A stretch of 64,000 bases of DNA from an uncultured Gemmatimonadales bacterium. GTDB taxonomy: Bacteria; Gemmatimonadota; Gemmatimonadetes; Longimicrobiales; Longimicrobiaceae. The notes under the pieces were generated by a model. That model was given only the letters and a program-made list of their open reading frames with translations. It was not told the DNA's origin and made no database searches. Of the stretch, positions 56,401-64,000 are shown piece after piece; position 1 is the stretch's first letter; the number at the start of each line of letters is the position of its first letter. The stretch is from the NCBI GenBank assembly GCA_963716255.1, contig OY970303.1:6976001-7040000 (forward strand), given 5' to 3'. The position numbers and the translations under genes were made by a program.

Positions 56401-59400
56401 TTCGTCCACACGCTCGTGCTGCGGGTGGAAGTGGCGCCGGGCGAGGGCTTCCGCGCGCTGCTGGGACGGGCTCGCACGGCCGTGCTTGAGGCCTTTAGGC
56501 GCCAGGATGTCCCGTTCGAGCGGCTGGTGGAGGAGGTGCAGCCCGGGCGCGACCTGAGCCGGAACCCGCTCTTCCAGGTGATGCTCGCGCCGCAGAGCAC
56601 CCCGCAGGAGGCGGTGGAGATCGCGGGGGCGACGCTGGCCGCGGAGCCGGTGGACGTGGGGGCGGCGATCCTGGACCTGACGCTGTACACGTGGGAGCGG
56701 AGCGGGGGCGGGCTGTCGGCGGCGCTGGAGTACGCGGTCGACCTGTTCGACGCGGGGACCATCGAGCGCATGGCCGCGCACCTGGAGGAGGTCCTGCGCT
56801 CTGTGGCCGCAGACCCGGACCTCGCCGCGGCGGAGGTCCCGCTCCTCCTCCCGGCGGAGCGCGCGTGGCTGCTGGAGGAGTGGACCGCCACGGAGCGTGC
56901 CTACCCGGAGCGCTGCCTGCACGAGCTGTTCGCGGAGCAGGCCGCCCGCACTCCGGACGCCGCGGCGCTCCGCTTCGGCGGGCGCACGGTCACGTACGCC
57001 GAGCTGGAGCGGAGCGCGAACCGCCTTGCCTGGCACCTTCAGGCGCTCGGGGTGGGCCCCGAGGCGCGGGTGGGGCTGTGCATGGAGCGCGCGCCGGAGA
57101 TGGTGGCGGCGATGCTGGGCATCCTCCAGGCGGGCGGCGCCTACGTGCCGCTGGATCCCGCCTACCCGGCCGACAGGCTGGCCTACATGCTGGCCGACGC
57201 CGGCGCCGCCCTGGTGGTGTCGCAGGCACACCTCGCCGCGCGCCTCCCGGAGGGCATCGCGCGGGTGCTGCCGGACACCGACGCGGAGCGCATCGCCGAG
57301 CAGCCGGACACGGCGCCCCCGGGCGAGGCGCGGCCGGAAAACCTGGCGTACGTGCTGTACACCTCGGGCTCCACGGGCCGCCCCAAGGGCGTGCAGGTGG
57401 AGCACCGCAGCGCCTCGCAGATCGTGCACTTCCTGCGCGATGTCGTGCGCGCGGAGGACCGCGCCGCCGTGCTGGGATCGACCTCCGTCTCCTTCGACGT
57501 GTCCGTCGGCGAGATCTTCGGCACGATCTGCTGGGGCGGGACCCTGGTGCTGGTGGAGAGCGTCCTCGACCTGCCGCGCGTGGCGGACGAGGACGTGCGC
57601 CTGGTGGTGACCGTGCCCAGCGCGGCCGCCGAGCTCCTGCGCAGCGGCGGCATCCCGGCGAGCGTGCGCGCCTTCAACCTGGCCGGCGAGGCGCTGCCCG
57701 CCTGGCTGGCGCGCGACCTGTACGCCCGCCCGGAGACGGAGCGGGTGCTGAACCTGTACGGTCCCACGGAGGACACCGTCTACTCCACCTGGAGCGTGGT
57801 GGAGCGCGGGGCGGAGCGGGTGCGCATCGGGCGCCCGGTGGCCAACTCCCGGGCCTACGTGCTGGACCCGGTGGGGAGCCCGGCGCCGGTCGGCGTCGCC
57901 GGGGAGCTGTGCCTGGGCGGGGCGGGCACGGCGCGCGGCTACCACGGCCGGCCCGAGCTGACGGCGGAGCGGTTCGTCCCGGATCCCTTCGCGTCGGAGC
58001 CGGGCGCGCGGATGTACCGCACCGGGGACCGGGCGCGCTGGCTGGCCGGCGGGGAGCTGGAGTACCTGGGCCGCATGGACCAGCAGGTCAAGGTGCGCGG
58101 CTTCCGGATCGAGCCGGGGGAGATCGAGGCGGTGCTGCGCGCGCACCCGGCCGTGGGCGAGGCGGTGGTGGCGGCGCGCGCGGAGGGGAGCGACGGCGTG
58201 CGCCTGGTGGCCTACCACCTCGCGGCGGAGGGGGCGGCGCGGCCGGAGGCGGCGGAGCTGCGCGCGTGGCTTCGCGAGCGGCTGCCGGACTACATGGTGC
58301 CGTCGGCGTTCGTGGCGCTGGATGCCTTCCCGCTGACGGGCAGCGGCAAGCTGGATCGCCGTGCTCTCCCCGAGCCTGCGGCCGAAGCCGTCGCCTCGCC
58401 GGAGTCCGTGCCGCCCTCCACCCCCGTGGAGGAGATCCTGGCCGGGATCTGGACCCAGGTGCTGGGGGCGGAGCGCGTGGGCGTGCACGACGACTTCTTC
58501 GCACTGGGCGGCCACTCGCTGCTGGGGACGCAGGTGCTCTCGCGCATCCGCGTCGCCTTCGAGGTGGAGCTGCCGCTGCGCGCGCTGTTCGAGGAGCCGA
58601 CCATCGCCGCGCTGGCCGCGCGCATCGAGGCGCTGCGGGGCGACGGCGCTCCGCGCGTGGCGCCGCCGATCCGGCGGGCTCCGCGCGATGCGGTGCTGCC
58701 GCTGTCGTTCGGGCAGCAGCGGCTGTGGGTGGTGGACCGGCTGGAGCCGGGGAGCGCCGCGTACAACATGGCGGGCGCGCTGCGGCTGCGCGGCGCCCTC
58801 GACACGGCGGCGCTGCGGGCCGGTCTGGACGAGCTGGTGCGGCGGCACGAGACCCTGCGCACCACCTTCGCGGAGCAGGGCGGCGCCCCCGTGCAGGTCG
58901 TCCACCCGGCCGCCGCGGTGCCGCTGCCCGTGCTCGACCTGCGGGCATTGCCGGCCGGGACGCGGGAGGCGGAGGCGGAGCGGCTGGCCGGCGCGGAGGC
59001 GCTGCGTCCCTTCGACCTGGCGCGCGGACCGCTGCTGCGGTGCGCGCTGCTGCGCCTGGACCCGGACGACCACGTCCTCTGCGTCACGCTACACCACGTC
59101 GTCAGCGACGGCTGGAGCGTCGACGTGCTGGTGCGCGAGCTGTCGGCGCTCTACGCCGCCTTCAGCCAGGGCGCGCCGTCTCCGCTGGCGGAGCTGCCGG
59201 TGCAGTACGCCGACTTCGCGGCGTGGCAGCGCGAGTGGCTGAGCGGCGACGTGCTGGAAGCGCAGATCGGCTTCTGGAAGGAACAGCTGGGAGGCACCCC
59301 CCCGCTGCTGGAGGTGCCGGCCGACCACCCGCGGGCGATGGGGCAGAGCGCGCACGCGGGGAGCCACGGCTTCGTCCTGTCCCCGGCGGTGTCGGAAGGA

Positions 59401-62400
59401 CTGCGGGCGCTGTCGCGGCGCGAGGGGGCCACGCTGTTCATGACGCTGCTGGCGGGGTGGCAGGCGCTGCTGGGCCGCTACGCCGGCCAGGACGACGTGG
59501 TGGTGGGGAGCCCGGTGGCCGGGCGCACGCGGGTGGAGACGGAGGGGCTGATCGGCTTCTTCGTCAACATGCTGGCGCTGCGCGGCGACCTGTCGGGGGA
59601 TCCCACCTGGCGCGAGCTGCTGGGGCGGACCCGCGAGACGGCGCTGGGCGCCTTCGCCCACCAGGACCTTCCCTTCGAGCGCCTGGTGGAGGAGCTGGGC
59701 GTGGAGCGAAGTCTCGCGCACACCCCCGTCTTCCAGGTGACGTTCGCGCTGAACCGCGCGGCGGCCGCGGCCGGTCGCCTGCGCCTGGGCGAGGTGGAGC
59801 AGACGCCGTTCGGGGCCGGGGCCGTGGCCGCGAAGTACGAGCTGGAGCTGGCGCTCGCCGACACCGGCGGTGCGCTGGGCGGAGAGCTGGTGTACCGCAC
59901 GGCGCTGTTCGAGCCGGCGACGGCGGCGCGGCTGGCCGGGCACCTGGAGCTCCTGCTGGAGGCCATGACGGCCGAGCCCGCGCGTCGGATCCGGGAGGTG
60001 CCGCTGCTGAGCGAGGCTGAGCGCCGGCAGCTGGAGAGCTGGAACGACACCGGGGTCCCGTACCCCCCGTCCTGCGTGCACGACCTGGTCTCGGCGCAGG
60101 CCGCGCGGACGCCGGAGGCCCCGGCGGTGGTGTTCGGCGAGGAGATGGTCTCCTACGCGGAGCTGGAGCAGCGCGCCAACCGTCTCGCCAACCACCTGCG
60201 CCGCCTGGGCGTGCGTCCCGGGGACCGGGTGGGGATCTGCCTGGAGCGCTCGCCGGAGCTCCCCGTGGCCCTGCTGGCCGTGCTCCGCGCCGGGGCCGCG
60301 TACGTCCCGCTGGACCCCGGCTACCCGGCCGGCCGGCTGGCGCTGGTGCTGGAGGACTCCGGCGTCCGCGTGCTGCTGACCGAGCGGGCGCTGGAGGACC
60401 GGCTCCCGGCCCACACGGCCGAAGTGGTCCTCCTGGACGCCGCCCGCGAGCGCATCGCGGAGGAGAGCGCCGGAGCGCCCGCGGTGGAAAGCGACGGGGA
60501 GCAGACGGCCTACGTCATCTACACCTCGGGATCCACGGGCACGCCCAAGGGCGTTGTCGTCCCTCACCGCGCGCTCGCCAACCACATGGGCTGGATGCAG
60601 CGCGCCTTCCCGCTGGGCGCGGACGACCGCGTGCTCCAGAAGACGCCCGTGGGCTTCGACGCCTCGGTGTGGGAGTTCTGGGCGCCGCTGCTGGCCGGGG
60701 CCACGCTGGTGATGGCGCCCCCCGAGGCACACCGCGATCCCGCGGAGCTGGCGAGCGTGGTGGAGTGGGAGGAGGTGACCGTGCTCCAGGTGGTCCCCTC
60801 GCTGCTGGGCGCCATGCTGGAGGCGGGCGGGCTGGAGCACTGCACCGCGCTGCGCCGGCTCTTCTGCGGCGGCGAAGCGCTGCCGGCGGAGATGGCCGCG
60901 CGGGCGCGCGCGCAGACCGGCGCGGAGGTGGTGAACCTGTACGGCCCCACAGAAGCGTGCATCGACGCGGCGTCCCACGTCTTCGCCGGCGACGAGGCCG
61001 GGGTGACGGTGCCCATCGGGCGGCCGGTGGACAACGTGAGCGCGCGGGTGCTGGACCCGCGCGGCGCGCCGGTGCCGGTGGGCGTCCCCGGCGAGCTGTA
61101 CCTGGGCGGGGTGCAGCTGGCGCACGGGTACCTGGGCCGGGCGGAGCTGACGGCGGCGACGTTCGTCCCCGACGCCTTCGCCTTCGCCTTCGCGGACGAG
61201 GCCGGCGCGCGCGCGTACCGCACCGGGGACCGGGTGCGCTGGCTGGCGGACGGGACGCTGGAGTACCTGGGGCGCATCGACCAGCAGGTCAAGGTGCGCG
61301 GCTTCCGCATCGAGCCCGGCGAGGTGGAGGCCGCGCTCCGCGCGCACCCCGGCGTGGGGGACGCGGTCGTGGCGGCGCACCCGGACGGCGGCGGCGGCAC
61401 CCGGCTGGTGGCGTACCACCTCCCCGCGGGCGGGGCGGCGCGCCCCACCGCGGCGGAGCTGCGGGCGTGGCTGCGCGAGCGGCTCCCGGACCCGATGGTC
61501 CCCTCCGTCTTCATGGCGCTGGACGCCTTCCCGCTGATCCCCAGCGGCAAGGTCGACCGCGGGTCGCTCTCCGAGCCGGAAGCGGCCGATGCCGGCGCGG
61601 CCGGGCCGGTGCCGCCCTCCACGCCGGTGGAGGAGATCCTGGCGGGGATCTGGGCCGAGCTGCTCCACGTGGCGGGCGTGGGCGTCCACGACGACTTCTT
61701 CGCGCTGGGCGGGCATTCGCTGCTGGGCACCCGGGTGGTCTCCCGGGTGCGGGACGCGCTGGGGGTGGAGCTGCCGCTGCGCGCGCTGTTCGAGGAGCCC
61801 ACGGTCGCCGGGCTGGCCGGGCACGTGGAGGCGCTGCTGAGCGACGGGGCGGGGGCCGCGCCGCCGATCGAGCGGGCTTCCCGGGCGGGGCCGCTGCCGC
61901 CGTCGTTCGCGCAGCAGCGATTGTGGCTGGTGGACCGGCTGGAGCCGGGGAGCCCCGCCTACAACATGCCCGGCGCGCTGCGCCTGCACGGCGCCCTGGA
62001 CGTGCCGTCGCTGCGGGCGGCGCTCGGCGCCCTGACGCGGCGGCACGAGGCGCTGCGCACCACGTTCGAGGAGCGCGGCGGCGCGCCCGTGCAGGTCGTG
62101 CATCCGCCCGCCCCGGTCCTGCTGCCGCTCGCGGACCTTCGCGGCCTGCCGGAGGGGGAGCGGGAGGCGGCTGCGGAGCGGCTGGCGGCGGCGGAGGCGC
62201 TGCGGCCGTTCGACCTGGCGCGCGGACCGCTGCTGCGGAGCACGCTGGTGCGCCTGGGCGACGGCGACCACGTGCTGCTGGTCACGCTGCACCACGTGGT
62301 CGGCGACGGCTGGAGCATGGACGTGCTTGTGCGCGAGGTTTCCGCCCTCTACGCCGCCTTCAGCCGCGGCGAGGAGCCGCACCTTCCCGAGCTGCCGGTG

Positions 62401-64000
62401 CAGTACGCCGACTACGCGGTGTGGCAGCGCGAATGGCTCTCGGGCGAGACCCTGGAGCGGCAGATCCGCTTCTGGAAGGAGCGGCTGGCGGGCGCCCCGC
62501 CGCTGCTGGAGATCCCCACGGACGGTCCGCGCGCGGCGGGGCCGGGCATGCGCGGCGGAAGCCACCGCTTCTCCCTCTCGCCCGGGCTGACGGGCCGGCT
62601 GCGGGCGCTGTCGCAGCGCGAGGGCGCGACGCTGTTCATGACGACGCTGGCGGCGTGGCAGGCGCTGCTGGGCCGCTGGGCGGGGCAGGACGACGTGGTG
62701 GTGGGCACCCCGGTGGCGGGGCGGAGCCGGCGCGAGACCGAGGGTCTGGTGGGGTTCTTCGTCAACATGCTGGCGATGCGGGCCGACCTGTCGGGCGGTC
62801 CCAGCTGGCGGGAGCTGCTGGGGCGGGTGCGGGAAACGGCGCTGGGGGCGTACGACCACCAGGAGCTGCCCTTCGAGCGGCTGGTGGAGGAGCTGGACGT
62901 GGAGCGCAGCCTGGCGCACGATCCGGTCTTCCAGGTGACGTTCGCGCTGGAGCGCTCGGCCGCGCACCACGGGCTGGCGCTGGGAGAGCTGGGGATCGAG
63001 CCGTTCGGGGGGGAGCGGGCGTCGCCAAGTTCGACCTGGACCTGACCTTCCAGGACGACGGCGAAGGGCTCGCGGGGACGCTGGGCTACCGCGCGGCGCT
63101 GTTCGAGGCGGACACGGCCGCGCGGCTGGCGGGGCACCTGGAGCTGCTGCTGGAGGCGATGGCGGCCGAGCCGGCGCGCCGGGTCCGGGAGGTGCCGCTG
63201 CTGAGCGAGGCCGAGCGCCGGCAGCTGGAGAGCTGGAACGCCACGGCGGTGCCGTATCCCGCGGCCTGCGTACACGATCTGGTCTCGGCGCAGGCGGCGC
63301 GGACGCCGGACGCGGCCGCGGTCTCCTGGCGCGGGGCGGCGGTCTCGTACGCGGAGCTGGAGACGCACGCCAACCGCCTCGCCGTCCACCTGCGGCGGCT
63401 GGGCGTGGGGCCCGAGAGCCGCGTGGGCGTGTGCCTGGAGCGCAGCCCGGAGCTGGTGATCGCGCTGCTGGGGGTCCTCAAGGCCGGCGCCGCGTACGTC
63501 CCCCTGGACCCGGCGTACCCGCGCGAACGGCTGGGCTGGATGATCGAGGACGCGCAGGTCACGCTCGTCCTTTCCTCCAGCGCTCTCGCGAATGTGCTCC
63601 CCGCGGGCACCCGCACGATCGAGCTCGATACCGCGCGCGCCGCGGTCGACGCCGAGGCGGACGCGGCGCCGGATACGGGCGTGCTCCCCGGGAACCTGTC
63701 GCACGTCATCTTCACCTCGGGGTCGACGGGACGTCCCAAGGGCGTGATGATCCGCCACTCGTCCACGGTCGTGCTGCTGCACTGGCTGCGCGAGAACGTG
63801 TCGGACGAGGAGCGGTCGTCGGTGCTGTTCTCGACGTCGATCAACTTCGACGTGTCGGTGGCCGAGATCTTCGGCACGCTGGCGTGGGGCGGGAAGCTGG
63901 TGCTGGTGGAGAACGCGCTGGAGCTTGCGAGCGTGGGCGAGCCGGTGGTGCACGCGAGCATGGTGCCCACGGCGGCGGCGGAGCTGCTGCGCATGGACGC
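53461..64000 (+). CDS. FAAL-initiated lipopeptide NRPS, 3'-partial, frameshift near 63010: FAAL-ACP-C-A-T-C-A-T-C-A...
   Basis: FAAL motifs (LQYTSGST, WLPPYHDMGLIG, CYGLAEATL, GRNHYPQDIE, PKTTSGK) and an ACP (LGLDSL). The first frame stops at 63045, but C/A homology ([19 protein letters not shown]) continues in another frame to the window end. Confidence 0.95.

Overview
This is a very GC-rich bacterial window (roughly 75% by eye); the NRPS style suggests Gemmatimonadota/Longimicrobium, which is inference. Three + strand megasynthase genes dominate. The first is a 5'-truncated NRPS ending in a thioesterase (T-E-[C-A-T]x5-TE). The second is a hybrid PKS-NRPS (KS-AT-T-C-A-T-E-C-A-T-C-A(NMT)-T-C-A-T). 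The third is a FAAL-initiated lipopeptide NRPS that runs off the right edge and has a frameshift in a G7 run. A ~15 kb block between the first two holds an M1 peptidase, an atypical Gre factor, an ECF sigma with a convergent zinc-finger anti-sigma, two USPs flanking a complete mrp(AB)CDEFG antiporter operon, a TRIC-family protein and a low-GC islet of two orphan genes. Four unannotated signals stand out. (1) GTAACG-N13-CGAGACCG occurs three times with identical spacing, upstream of the ECF sigma, the anti-sigma and the Gre-like gene, suggesting a small regulon. (2) A ~130-nt structured repeat occurs in three copies with compensatory base changes. (3) An intergenic palindrome is also found in-frame inside an adenylation domain. 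(4) A 37-nt AT-rich motif is shared upstream of both megasynthase genes whose 5' ends are visible. Domain boundaries and A-domain substrate codes were read by eye and are approximate.
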